Notes: generated by a model from the letters alone, not told the origin. A stretch of DNA of 64,000 bases from Gemmatimonadales bacterium (GCA_037189525.1 JBBCJC010000003.1:736001-800000), one strand, 5' to 3'; counted from the first letter of the stretch, positions 22,099-31,169 are shown. Made by a program: numbers and translations.

Positions 22099-24464
22099 CC
22101 GATAGTACATCGCCCGATTTCGAACCCCGGCGGCCGGCGCTCGTGGCGGCGGTTGTTTTCGTCGTTGCCGCGCTGACCCTCTGCTGGCCGATGCTGCGCG
22201 GCGATTTTCTGATCGGGCAGTACTCGGACATGTACGAGGCAGGGTACGGTTTCCGGATCTTTGCCGCCAACTACTTCCGGGAGTACGGCTCGATTCCGCT
22301 CTGGAATCCGTATCTGATGGGCGGGGTACCGTTCGTCGGGGCCGGCGGCGGCGACATCTTTTACCCGACCGCGTGGCTTCGCTGGATCCTGCCAACCGAT
22401 CTCGCGATCAACCTCGGCTTTGCGGGACATATCGTCCTCGCCGGCGCGGCCGTCTATGCATTGCTGCGCGCGCTTCGGGTCAGCTGGGCCGGCGCGTTGG
22501 TCGGCGGTCTGGCATTTCAGATGACCGGGATCGTCCTGTCACTGGTGCACCCGGGACACGACGGCAAGCTGTTCGTCTCCGCGCTGGCACCGCTGTTGTT
22601 TCTGGCCATCGTTCGCGCGGTGCGCGACGGCTCGATTGTGGGTTACGGTAACATCGCGCTGACCGTGGGTCTCTCGCTGCATGGTCATCCGCAGATGGCG
22701 TACTACCTGCTCGTGGGCGGGCTGATCTGGGGCCTCTTCTGGGTCTTTGGCCCGGAGGGGCCTCGAACGGCAGCAGGCCGAGGCAAAGTGATCGCTGCAA
22801 GCGTGGCGGTGGTGGTCCTCGGGATCGGCCTCTATGCTATCTACGGCATGCCGATGTCTGCGCACGTACCATATAGCCCGCGGGTCGAGGGCGGCGTCAG
22901 CTCCGGATGGGCGCATGCCACCTCGTTTGCACTGCCGCTGTCGGAACTCCCCGGCCTTCTGTTGCCGGCCATCGATGGTGGCGTAACGCCGACCTATTTC
23001 GGTCGGAATGGTCTCAAACTCCATACCGAGTACCTAGGCCCCGTCGCGATCGTCCTCGCGATACTCGGCATGGGTGGCGTGGAGCGAAAGCGGATCCGAC
23101 TCGCGCTGGGAGTCATCGCTGGATTGTTTCTCCTGGTCAGTGTCGGCGGCGGTACACCGTTCTTTCGGCTCTGGTATGCGGTCATGCCAATGTCCGCGAC
23201 GCTTCGAGCGCCCGGCATGGCATTCTTTCTGGTCGCGATGCCGCTCGCGGTCTTTGCCGGGTTCGGAGCGGAGCGGCTCTTCCGCCGTGACATCTCGATT
23301 CCGCGTCTGAGCATCGTTGCCGGGCTGATCGCTTTGCTTGCGTTGCTCGGTGTGATCGGCTTCCTGCAGATGATGGTCGAGGACTGGGCCCGGGGGACAG
23401 GCTATCAGGGCGTTCCGGAAATGGCCATTGCCAATGCGGGCAAGCTTCGCACCGACAGTATTCGTTTGTTGATCGTTACGGCGGTGACCGCTGGTCTGAT
23501 CTGGGCTATTGCACGCGATCGGATTCGCGGTGTGGCCGCAGTTGCCACGATCGGCGCCGTGCTTTGGGCGGATCTTTGGATCGTCGGCAGGCACTCGTTC
23601 GTCTTTTCGCCGGGGGCCAAGGTGACCTACGCCTCCGATCCGATCATGCAGCACTTGGAGCAGATCAAACCGCCTTATCGAGTCTACGCTCCCTCGGCAC
23701 AGTATGCCGGGCTCAGTCCGTACCCGAAGAGCTGGCTGATGGCCGCCGATATTCCGGTGCTCTTCGGCTACCACGGCAACGAGATCCGTTACTTCGACGA
23801 CCTGCTCGGTGGCAAGAACATCTGGCAGAACCAGTTGAGCCCCGCGATGTGGGATCTCTTCGCGGTCCGCTACTTCGTCGTCAAAGAACCCCAGCAGATT
23901 CCGGGGTTCCGTCAGGTCTTGGGGCCGGTCGAGACCCATCATGGCCCGGGATATCTCTTCGAGGCGGAGAATCCTCCGCAGTACGCGAAGGTCATCGCCG
24001 GTGCGATCAAGGTGCCGGACGACGCGATCGTCGAATCCGTGACAGATCAGCGCTTTCCCATCGATCGGGTTCTGATCTATTCGGATACGGCCGGCGTTAC
24101 GCCCCGCGACCTGGGTAACCAGGTGCCGGAACCGTCTGCCCGGCGAGCAGAAGTCACCGAATGGCGCCCGGGTCGGATGCGGGTAACAATCAGTGGCGAC
24201 GCGGCACACGACGAGTATCTGCTGGTTTCGGAGAACTGGTATCCCGACTGGAAAGCCACCCTCGACGGCACTCCGATTCCGGTCCTGCGCGCCAACAATA
24301 CGCTGCTCAGCGTGGTACTCCCGGCCGGCGCCCGCGAAGTCGTCTTCGAGTATGACTCGCGCAGCTATCGACGCGGGCGTGCCGTCAGCATGATGTCCCT
24401 CGTCGGCGTGGCGGCCATTTTCGCGGGAGCGGCGGTCAGGCGGAGAAGGGGTCGCGATGCCTGA
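22095..24464 (+). CDS. YfhO-family integral membrane protein (GT-C-like)
   Basis: PLWNPYLMGGVP, FYP, HPQMAYY, many TM segments, C-terminal SENWYPDWKATLDG...AN motif. Confidence 0.8.
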   Translation: MTDSTSPDFEPRRPALVAAVVFVVAALTLCWPMLRGDFLIGQYSDMYEAGYGFRIFAANYFREYGSIPLWNPYLMGGVPFVGAGGGDIFYPTAWLRWILPTDLAINLGFAGHIVLAGAAVYALLRALRVSWAGALVGGLAFQMTGIVLSLVHPGHDGKLFVSALAPLLFLAIVRAVRDGSIVGYGNIALTVGLSLHGHPQMAYYLLVGGLIWGLFWVFGPEGPRTAAGRGKVIAASVAVVVLGIGLYAIYGMPMSAHVPYSPRVEGGVSSGWAHATSFALPLSELPGLLLPAIDGGVTPTYFGRNGLKLHTEYLGPVAIVLAILGMGGVERKRIRLALGVIAGLFLLVSVGGGTPFFRLWYAVMPMSATLRAPGMAFFLVAMPLAVFAGFGAERLFRRDISIPRLSIVAGLIALLALLGVIGFLQMMVEDWARGTGYQGVPEMAIANAGKLRTDSIRLLIVTAVTAGLIWAIARDRIRGVAAVATIGAVLWADLWIVGRHSFVFSPGAKVTYASDPIMQHLEQIKPPYRVYAPSAQYAGLSPYPKSWLMAADIPVLFGYHGNEIRYFDDLLGGKNIWQNQLSPAMWDLFAVRYFVVKEPQQIPGFRQVLGPVETHHGPGYLFEAENPPQYAKVIAGAIKVPDDAIVESVTDQRFPIDRVLIYSDTAGVTPRDLGNQVPEPSARRAEVTEWRPGRMRVTISGDAAHDEYLLVSENWYPDWKATLDGTPIPVLRANNTLLSVVLPAGAREVVFEYDSRSYRRGRAVSMMSLVGVAAIFAGAAVRRRRGRDA

Positions 24465-25176
24465 GCGATACCTCGTCATTCTGCCGACCTACAACGAGAG
24501 CATGAACCTGCCCCAGATCGTCCCGGCGATTCTGGATCAGGATCCGCGACTCGAAGTACTCGTCGTTGACGACAACTCGCCGGATGGAACCGGGGAGCTG
24601 GCCGATCAACTGGCCGCCGCCTTTGCCCGGGTGCACGTGCTCCATCGCGCCGCCAAGGAAGGTCTTGGCAAAGCCTATCTAGCAGGGTTTAGCTGGGGAC
24701 TAGAACAGGGGTACGATCGGCTGCTCGAGATGGATGCGGACTTCTCCCACGATCCCAAATTCCTGCCGCAGATGCTCGCGGCTGCCGACGAATCGGACCT
24801 GGTGATCGGCTCGCGCTACAAGAGTGGAGTCAATGTCATCAACTGGCCGATGTCGCGGCTGTTGCTCTCGTATGGGGCCAATATCTACGTACGGTGGGTG
24901 ACGGGCCTGCCGCTGACCGACGCGACCGGCGGTTTCAAATGCTTCCGCCGAGAAGTCCTCGCAGCGCTCCCGCTCGATCGGGTCCGGTCCAACGGATACG
25001 CCTTTCAGATCGAAATGAGTTTCCGCGCCTGGCGAAAGAAATTTCGCCTGACCGAGATTCCCATCGTCTTTACCGATCGGGTCGAGGGCAGCAGCAAGAT
25101 GAGCAAGGCGATCGTCCGGGAGGCCGTGTGGATGGTCTGGTGGCTCTGGATTGCCGATCGCTTGGGGCGCCTATGA
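24457..25176 (+). CDS. Polyprenol monophosphomannose synthase (Ppm1/DPM1-like GT2)
   Basis: LPTYNE, VDDNSPDGTG, KEGLGKAY, EMDADFSHDP, DATGGFKCFRR, GYAFQIE. Confidence 0.88.
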   Translation: MPERYLVILPTYNESMNLPQIVPAILDQDPRLEVLVVDDNSPDGTGELADQLAAAFARVHVLHRAAKEGLGKAYLAGFSWGLEQGYDRLLEMDADFSHDPKFLPQMLAAADESDLVIGSRYKSGVNVINWPMSRLLLSYGANIYVRWVTGLPLTDATGGFKCFRREVLAALPLDRVRSNGYAFQIEMSFRAWRKKFRLTEIPIVFTDRVEGSSKMSKAIVREAVWMVWWLWIADRLGRL

Positions 25177-25997
25177 GTTCGAACCGATTCTACAAGATGC
25201 AGGGATCCGGCAACGACTTCGTGTTCCTGGATGCCCGAGAGCACCGGCTGGAAGACTGGCCTGTCGAAAGGATTCAGCGGATTACCGATCGCCGGCTGGG
25301 AGTGGGAGCCGACGGTGTCGTCCATCTGGCGCAGACCGGCCCGCAGTCGATCCGGATGATTTACTTCAATGCCGATGGCTCGCGGGTCGATATGTGCGGC
25401 AACGCCGCCCTCTGCAGTACGCGTCTGGCCGTCCGGCTTGACCTGGTCGACGCGGAAACCGAGATCGCGCTCGATGCCGACGCAGGGCGATTCCACAGCC
25501 GAACGGTCGGGACGGGCGCCGATGCGGAGCTGGCGTTTCCGACTGTCGACGTGCCGGCACCCATAGCTATCGAACTCGAGGCCGGCGAGCGCCGAGCGTT
25601 CTTTGGGGTGGTCGGTGTCGCGCACGTCATCGTGCTGGTCGACGACATCGAAGCCGTCGACGTCGCGCGACGCGGCCGGCAGCTGCGTTACTCGGAACAC
25701 TTCGCACCGGACGGCACCAACGTCAACTTCATCGGGCCGATCGATGCCGCCGATGCCGGATGGCGGCTGCGCACTTACGAACGGGGCGTGGAAGCCGAGA
25801 CCCTCGCGTGCGGCACCGGAACCGTCGCGTCGGCTCTGGCATTGGCGAGTGTGGGCCTGCTGACATTGCCGGTCCGGATCCGGTCGTCGAGCGGCGCCGT
25901 CTACGCCATCGACGGCCGCATCGACAGCGGGCGGGCGTACGACCTCTGGCTGCGCGGGCCGGGCCAGCTGGCCTTTGTCGGCGAGTGGGCCGGATGA
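25173..25997 (+). CDS. dapF: Diaminopimelate epimerase
   Basis: FYKMQGSGNDFV, GVGADG, NADGS..MCGNA, GTNVNF, RTYERGVEAETLACGTG. Confidence 0.95.
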   Translation: MSSNRFYKMQGSGNDFVFLDAREHRLEDWPVERIQRITDRRLGVGADGVVHLAQTGPQSIRMIYFNADGSRVDMCGNAALCSTRLAVRLDLVDAETEIALDADAGRFHSRTVGTGADAELAFPTVDVPAPIAIELEAGERRAFFGVVGVAHVIVLVDDIEAVDVARRGRQLRYSEHFAPDGTNVNFIGPIDAADAGWRLRTYERGVEAETLACGTGTVASALALASVGLLTLPVRIRSSSGAVYAIDGRIDSGRAYDLWLRGPGQLAFVGEWAG

Positions 25998-26013
25998 GAC
26001 TGCGGCAGATCGC

Positions 26014-28122
26014 CTAACGCCGGAGCAGCCTGAGGCTGTTGCCGATCACCAGTAGACTGGCGCCAACATCGGCCACGACCGCCATCCACATCGTACCCGC
26101 TCCGACGGCTGTAGCCACCAGAAACACCAGCTTGATGCCGAGCGCCAGGGCGATGTTCTGATAGAGGACTCGTCGTGTCGCCCGCGCGATCCGGACGAAG
26201 GTCGGGATTTTTCGCAGGTCATCGTCGGCGAGGGCGACCCCGGCCGTCTCGATGGCGGTATCCGTTCCAGCCGCTCCCATGGCAAATCCGATGTCGGCCC
26301 GAGCCAGTGCCGGCGCATCGTTGATGCCGTCGCCGGCCATTCCGACACCGCCGCCCCGAGACAGCAGAGCCTCGATTTCCCGGAGTTTGTCGTCCGGCAA
26401 CAGAGCGCCTCTAGCCGTCGTGATGCCGACCTGACGGGCCACCTCGTCGACGTTGTCCTGACGATCGCCACTCAGGATCACCGTCTCGATACCGAACGAC
26501 CGCAGCTGATCGATCGCCTCGCGGCTGCTCGGCTTGACCGTATCCGTCATCACAAACCCGGCACGAACGCCATGCTCGTCGGCCAGCCAGGTCGAGGCCG
26601 GCCGTGTCATCGGCAGGAGAGATATGCCGAGTTCGCCGAGCCAGCGGGCGCTGCCCAGATAGTACCGCTGACCCGCGATGGTTCCAGTGACACCACGACC
26701 CGGCTCAGCCCGGAAGTCGTCGACGGTGGCCTGCCGTACCGAGTCGATGCCGGCGTGGGCGAGGATGGCAGCGGACGCCGGGTGATCCGAGAACGCGGCG
26801 AGACTTGCCGCAACGTGCATCGCGGCCTCGGTGTCCGTCTCGGCGGGAAAATACACCTCAGCGACACCGAGTTGTCCCGACGTCAGCGTGCCGGTCTTGT
26901 CTACTGCGAGCCACCGTAACCGGTGGCCCAGTTCGAGAAACTTGCCGCCTTTGATCAGGATACCGCGACGCGCAGCTGCCGAAAGCCCGCTCACAATGGC
27001 AACGGGAGTCGAGATGACCAGCGCGCAGGGGCAGGCAATGACTAAGAGCACCAGACCGCGATAGATCCAATCACTCCAGGCGCCGGCGCCGAGCAACGGC
27101 GGCAGAACCGCAACCAGCACGGCGCCGAGAAAGACTAGCGGCGTATAGATACGGGCAAAACGGTCGACGAAACGCTGGATCGGTGCTCGGGATCGTTGCG
27201 CGCTTTCGACGCTTCGCAGTACCTGCGCAAGTGCGGTGTCGGTCGCGGCTGCGGTCACCTCGTACTCGAGCGCACCCGTGCCGTTCATCGTGCCGGCAAA
27301 GACCCGGTCGCCGGGCGCGACATCGACGGGGATGCTCTCGCCGGTAATCGGGGCCTGGTCGACCGTTGATACGCCTGCTCGGACAACGCCGTCCAGGGCA
27401 ATGCGTTCACCCGGCCGAGTGCGGACCATGGCCCCGACCGGAACCGTGCTGGCATCGACTTCATCCCAGCGGCTCTCGGCCGTCCGCATCACGGCCGTTG
27501 CCGGAGCCAACGCCAGCAGGTCGCGTATCGCGCGGCGGCTGCGGTCGAGCGCACCGGCCTCCAGTCGCTCCGCAACCGCAAACAGGACCATCACCATCGC
27601 GGCTTCGGGCCATTCGCCGATCAACAATGCGCCGGTCACGGCAATCGCCATCAGCGCATTGATGTTGAGATTCCGGTTGACGAGCGCAACCCACCCTTTG
27701 CGATAGGTGGGCAGTCCGGTCGTTAGGATTGCAGCGGCAGACAGGACCGCCACGGCCCAGTGGAATCCTCCGACCGTCCAATGAACGAGCTCGGCCAGCA
27801 GGGCCGCCGCGCCAGAGAGAAGGAGGGGCCACCACGGCGCCGCGGCGCGATCGACAGGCCCCGTCGCTCTGTCCTGTTTGAGGACCGGATCAAACCCGAG
27901 CGACCGGATGGCCGTGAGGGACCGCGGCAAGGCATCGGGAACATGGGTGAGGGTCAGGGTTCGGCCGATCAGGTCGAAATCCAGACTGTGAATGCCAGGC
28001 AGGCCCGTGAGCTTTGCCCGGATCAGTCCCTCCTCGGTGGGACAATCCATCTGGATGATCGCCAGTGTCGTCTGATGGGTGAGGCAGCCGCACACCAGCT
28101 GATTGCACGCCGTCGCCGTCAT
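26014..28122 (-). CDS. cadA: Cd/Zn/Pb-translocating P1B-type ATPase
   Basis: MDCPTEE metal-binding domain, TGES, CPCAL, DKTGTLT, HP, GDGINDAPALA; start placed at ATG 28122 (AGGA upstream) because the longer ORF runs through the promoter. Confidence 0.9.
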   Translation of the reverse strand: MTATACNQLVCGCLTHQTTLAIIQMDCPTEEGLIRAKLTGLPGIHSLDFDLIGRTLTLTHVPDALPRSLTAIRSLGFDPVLKQDRATGPVDRAAAPWWPLLLSGAAALLAELVHWTVGGFHWAVAVLSAAAILTTGLPTYRKGWVALVNRNLNINALMAIAVTGALLIGEWPEAAMVMVLFAVAERLEAGALDRSRRAIRDLLALAPATAVMRTAESRWDEVDASTVPVGAMVRTRPGERIALDGVVRAGVSTVDQAPITGESIPVDVAPGDRVFAGTMNGTGALEYEVTAAATDTALAQVLRSVESAQRSRAPIQRFVDRFARIYTPLVFLGAVLVAVLPPLLGAGAWSDWIYRGLVLLVIACPCALVISTPVAIVSGLSAAARRGILIKGGKFLELGHRLRWLAVDKTGTLTSGQLGVAEVYFPAETDTEAAMHVAASLAAFSDHPASAAILAHAGIDSVRQATVDDFRAEPGRGVTGTIAGQRYYLGSARWLGELGISLLPMTRPASTWLADEHGVRAGFVMTDTVKPSSREAIDQLRSFGIETVILSGDRQDNVDEVARQVGITTARGALLPDDKLREIEALLSRGGGVGMAGDGINDAPALARADIGFAMGAAGTDTAIETAGVALADDDLRKIPTFVRIARATRRVLYQNIALALGIKLVFLVATAVGAGTMWMAVVADVGASLLVIGNSLRLLRR

Positions 28123-28151
28123 CGTCGTCCGATTCCTGATCGCATTGTAGC

Positions 28152-28182
28152 AGCTTACACCCTGAAGTAGCTTTAGGGTCAA
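28152..28182 (-). promoter_or_regulatory. MerR-type promoter/operator (CadR/PbrR box) for cadA
   Basis: Minus strand TTGACC-19 bp-TAAGCT with dyad ACCCTAAAG-CTA-CTTCAGGGT (28159-28179) across the long spacer, the hallmark of MerR-family promoters. Confidence 0.85.
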
Positions 28183-28206
28183 GAGGCTGACGGGAAGGGG
28201 AAAAAA

Positions 28207-28656
28207 ATGACGTTACGGATCGGCGATCTGGCCCGGCGGACCGGGTGCCAGGTCGAGACCATTCGCTACTATGAGCGTCAGGGACTGCTGCCGAAGCCGG
28301 CGCGGAGCCCGGGCAACTATCGCGTCTACGGGCCCGCCCACGTCGAACAGCTGGCGTTCATTCGTCATTGCCGGTCCCTCGATCTGACCTTGGAGGAGAT
28401 CGGCACGCTCCTGCGATACCGGAATTCACCCGTCGGGACCTGTCAGCGGGTCGACGGCCTGGTCGATGCGCACATCGCCGAGATCGAGACTAAGATCGCC
28501 GAGCTGACCGAGCTGCGGGGACAACTGGTCGCTCTCCGGGAGCAGTGCAACGGACCGGTGGAGGGCGGCCAGATCTGCGGGATCCTGCGGGGACTCACCT
28601 CGTGCCAATGCCACGATATGGAGCCCGTAACCGCGAATCCCGGAGGCGATCGATGA
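28207..28656 (+). CDS. cadR: Cd(II)/Pb(II)-responsive MerR-family regulator
   Basis: LRIGDLARRTGCQVETIRYYE, FIRHCRSLD, three conserved Cys (TCQRV, EQC, ICGIL); divergent from cadA. Confidence 0.9.
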   Translation: MTLRIGDLARRTGCQVETIRYYERQGLLPKPARSPGNYRVYGPAHVEQLAFIRHCRSLDLTLEEIGTLLRYRNSPVGTCQRVDGLVDAHIAEIETKIAELTELRGQLVALREQCNGPVEGGQICGILRGLTSCQCHDMEPVTANPGGDR

Positions 28657-29897
28657 CCCGGTCCGTCAATGGCGCTCGTCTCCTCGACCGAATTCGGGAC
28701 CTGGGGCAGATCGGCCGAGATGAGGCCGGTCGTCTCATTCGATTGGCTGGGACCGATCAGGATGGCGCGGGACGGGATCAGCTCCGGACCTGGGCGCATC
28801 AGGCGGGCCTCGCGGTCCGGGTCGATCGGATCGGAAACATGTTGCTGGTCTGGGAGGCTGGCGCCGGTGATCCCGTCATGATCGGATCGCACATCGATTC
28901 GGTCATCGATGCAGGCATCTTCGACGGGTCCTATGGCGTTCTGGCCGGCCTGGAGGTCGTGGAAACGTTGCGGGAACAGGGCGTGACGCCACGCCGGCCC
29001 GTCGTGGTCGCGGCGTTCACCAACGAGGAAGGCGTCCGGTACGCTCCCGACATGATGGGGTCGTTGGTCTATGCGGGCGGCTTGAGCGTCGAAGAGGCGC
29101 TGGCGGCAACCGCTCCGGACGGCAACCGACTCGGCGCCGAACTCGAGCGGATCGGCTATGCCGGCTCGGATGAGCCCGGCTGGCTTCGGCCGGCCGCGTA
29201 CCTCGAACTCCACATCGAACAGGGGCCGATCCTCGAGCAGGAGCGGCTGGCCCTCGGCGCGGTCGAGAATCTCCAGGGCATCTCCTGGCAGCGGATCACG
29301 ATCGACGGCACTGCGAACCATGCCGGCACGACGCCGACCTCGCTCCGCCGGGACGCCGGCTATGCCGCGGCTCGGGTGACGACGTTCCTTCGGGATCTCG
29401 CGGTGCAGTCGAACGGATCGACCGTCGCCACGGTCGGCACGATGCAGTATGAGCCTGGGGCCATCAATGTCATCCCGGGGCGCGTCGTGTTTACGGTCGA
29501 CCTGCGGAACCCGGACGAAGCCAAGCTCCAGGCCGCCGAACGCGCCCTGAGCGGATTCCTGGACGAACTGGCGGCGACAGAGCGGGTGGCGATTACGACT
29601 GAGCGCTTGTCACGTTTCGAACCAGTCCGATTCGATCCGGGCTTGGTGGAAATGATCGAGGCGGCCGCCTCGGAGCGTGGAATCCGGGCTCGGCGGATGA
29701 CGTCGGGTGCAGGGCACGATGCCCAGATGATCGCCCGGATTGCGCCGGCGGCCATGATTTTCGTGCCGAGCCGCGATGGGATCAGCCACAATCCTCGCGA
29801 GTTTACATCGGATGACGAACTCGTGGCAGGTGCCAACGTTCTTCTGGACGTGACCGAACGCCTCTCGAATTTGACCGAAATAAGACCACAAGCCTGA
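28653..29897 (+). CDS. M20 Zn-dependent amidohydrolase (N-carbamoyl-L-amino acid / allantoate amidohydrolase family)
   Basis: GSHIDSV, DGSYGVLAG, NEEGVRY, ELHIEQGP, NHAGTTP, SGAGHDAQ, SHNPRE. Confidence 0.9.
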   Translation: MTRSVNGARLLDRIRDLGQIGRDEAGRLIRLAGTDQDGAGRDQLRTWAHQAGLAVRVDRIGNMLLVWEAGAGDPVMIGSHIDSVIDAGIFDGSYGVLAGLEVVETLREQGVTPRRPVVVAAFTNEEGVRYAPDMMGSLVYAGGLSVEEALAATAPDGNRLGAELERIGYAGSDEPGWLRPAAYLELHIEQGPILEQERLALGAVENLQGISWQRITIDGTANHAGTTPTSLRRDAGYAAARVTTFLRDLAVQSNGSTVATVGTMQYEPGAINVIPGRVVFTVDLRNPDEAKLQAAERALSGFLDELAATERVAITTERLSRFEPVRFDPGLVEMIEAAASERGIRARRMTSGAGHDAQMIARIAPAAMIFVPSRDGISHNPREFTSDDELVAGANVLLDVTERLSNLTEIRPQA

Positions 29898-29900
29898 GCA

Positions 29901-29934
29901 GTGGGGATGCTTTCCAGAGTTATCCCCACTTTTC
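29901..29934 (+). terminator. Probable intrinsic terminator after the amidohydrolase
   Basis: GTGGGGAT-N13-ATCCCCAC followed by TTTT, 3 nt after the stop codon. Confidence 0.5.
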
Positions 29935-29943
29935 CACCAAATA

Positions 29944-29971
29944 ACTTAACATAATACATCTTATACGACAT
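29944..29971 (-). other. dif: dif site (XerC/XerD chromosome dimer resolution)
   Basis: Minus strand ATGTCGTATAA-GATGTA-TTATGTTAAGT (11-6-11); XerD arm is 10/11 identical to E. coli TTATGTTAAAT; lies at the gene-strand switch. Confidence 0.9.
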
Positions 29972-30143
29972 TTATATGAACAGAAGAAGCCGCCATAGTC
30001 GCCCCCTAGGGCCTCGATAGTGTCTGGCTCGGTGGCTTGGATTGCTTCACCGCACATGTTCTTGAAAGTGTGCCCGACCGCGCCCCGCATGGCTAACCCG
30101 GCAGACGCAGCAACGAAAAAGCCCTGGATCTCGGCTGGGCTTC

Positions 30144-30454
30144 CAGCTGATCGCGTCGAGCTCGGCCAGTCGGACCCAGGCCTCGGCGGTTCCGGGTGTC
30201 CTTTCGGACGTGCCGCGCTCCGCCCCAGATCCGGCTCGCAAAGGCAGCCGATTCGATCGGTGCGCCCTACACCCGCTCAGACGACATCGATCGCCCGACA
30301 GCGGCGCAACGAATCCACTGGAACGCCAGCCTTCCTGAACGAAAAAGCCCCGGACGGCGTGAGCGTCCGGGGCCTGTCCACTTCCGCCTGGCTGCTTCAG
30401 CTGATCGCGTCGAGCTCGGCCAGTCGGACCCGGGCCTCTGCGGTTCCGGGCGTC
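30144..30454. repeat. 57-bp direct repeat (30144-30200 vs 30398-30454), duplicated 3' end of the TPR gene
   Basis: 54/57 identical; a second block AACGAAAAAGCCC(T/C)GGA is also duplicated (30112-30128 vs 30338-30354). Confidence 0.92.
30342..30373 (-). terminator. Intrinsic terminator of the TPR gene
   Basis: GCCCCGGACG-N7-CGTCCGGGGC, a 10-bp stem followed by TTTTT on the minus strand. Confidence 0.85.
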
Positions 30455-31092
30455 TCATCCTTGTTGTTCTTGACGATACCTTCGAGGATGCTCCGAGCCT
30501 CGGCCGTATTACCCTGAGCCCGATAGGTCCTGGCGGCGTTGAGGAGCGCGTCGTTCTTCTGGTACGGCGCCGTGGACAGCTCAGCCGCTTTGACGTACTC
30601 AGCTGCCGCTTCGGCGACCTTCCCGGTGTTTTCGAGGGCGACCGCCAGATGCGAGTGCGCAGCCGACTTGTAGTACGCCGGCGGGTTGCTCGCGATGAAC
30701 TTGCGCAAGTCTTCAATGGCGAGCTCGGCCTGACCCGACAGGAGCCGGACCTGACCCAGGGCCAGCGACGCCTCGAGGCTGGCGTCGGTGCCGCTGAAGG
30801 TTTCCGTGATACGCTGGAACGCCGTGGCGGCGTCCGCATAGCTCCCGGCTTCCATCGAACCGCGCGCCTGATCGAGGGCGTCGAACGCCTGGGCCTGCTT
30901 GCGCCGCCCGCTCTCCATGACGTACCACCCGGCCAGCACCAGGAGGACCAGGACGCCGGCAACGATGCCGATCACCTTCTGCCGAGCCTGCACCCACGCA
31001 ACGAACTGATTGTCGGTATCGGTCATATGTCGGTCGACGCGTTCTACGGCGCTTGATCCCATCGTGGTATGTGATTGTGTGGTCGAGGCCAT
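30397..31092 (-). CDS. Membrane-anchored tetratricopeptide-repeat protein (YfgM-like)
   Basis: Single TM (VIGIVAGVLVLLVLAGWYV) followed by TPR-like helices; start uncertain (31092 or 31062). Confidence 0.8.
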   Translation of the reverse strand: MASTTQSHTTMGSSAVERVDRHMTDTDNQFVAWVQARQKVIGIVAGVLVLLVLAGWYVMESGRRKQAQAFDALDQARGSMEAGSYADAATAFQRITETFSGTDASLEASLALGQVRLLSGQAELAIEDLRKFIASNPPAYYKSAAHSHLAVALENTGKVAEAAAEYVKAAELSTAPYQKNDALLNAARTYRAQGNTAEARSILEGIVKNNKDETPGTAEARVRLAELDAIS

Positions 31093-31169
31093 CGAGTCCG
31101 GCAGGCCTGTCGTCTATGTCGCCAGCCCGTCCGCCACTGACGTAGCCCTGCAATATAACCTCATGCGAG

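Noticed and set aside
28123..28182. N-terminal extension of CadA given by the ORF track (TTG 28182)
   Set aside because: That TTG is part of the -35 hexamer of the MerR promoter, so translation must start downstream, most likely at ATG 28122.
29920..29929. TTATCCCCA as a DnaA box / oriC
   Set aside because: It is a single imperfect match forming one arm of a hairpin. Genes converge here and dif is adjacent, which indicates ter rather than ori.
26014..29971. cadA/cadR block as a pdif module or IMEX
   Set aside because: Only one dif-like site was found; nothing similar is visible at the dapF/cadA junction, and there are no phage or plasmid replication genes.
30047..30241. 64-aa minus-strand ORF containing TPGTAEAWVRLAELDAIS
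   Set aside because: It is a by-product of the duplicated 3' end, lies downstream of a strong terminator, and the rest of the sequence does not look protein-like.
30144..30454. Repeat pair at a gene C-terminus as a diversity-generating retroelement TR/VR
   Set aside because: The mismatches are not confined to adenines of one copy on either strand, two are synonymous, and there is no reverse transcriptase in the window.
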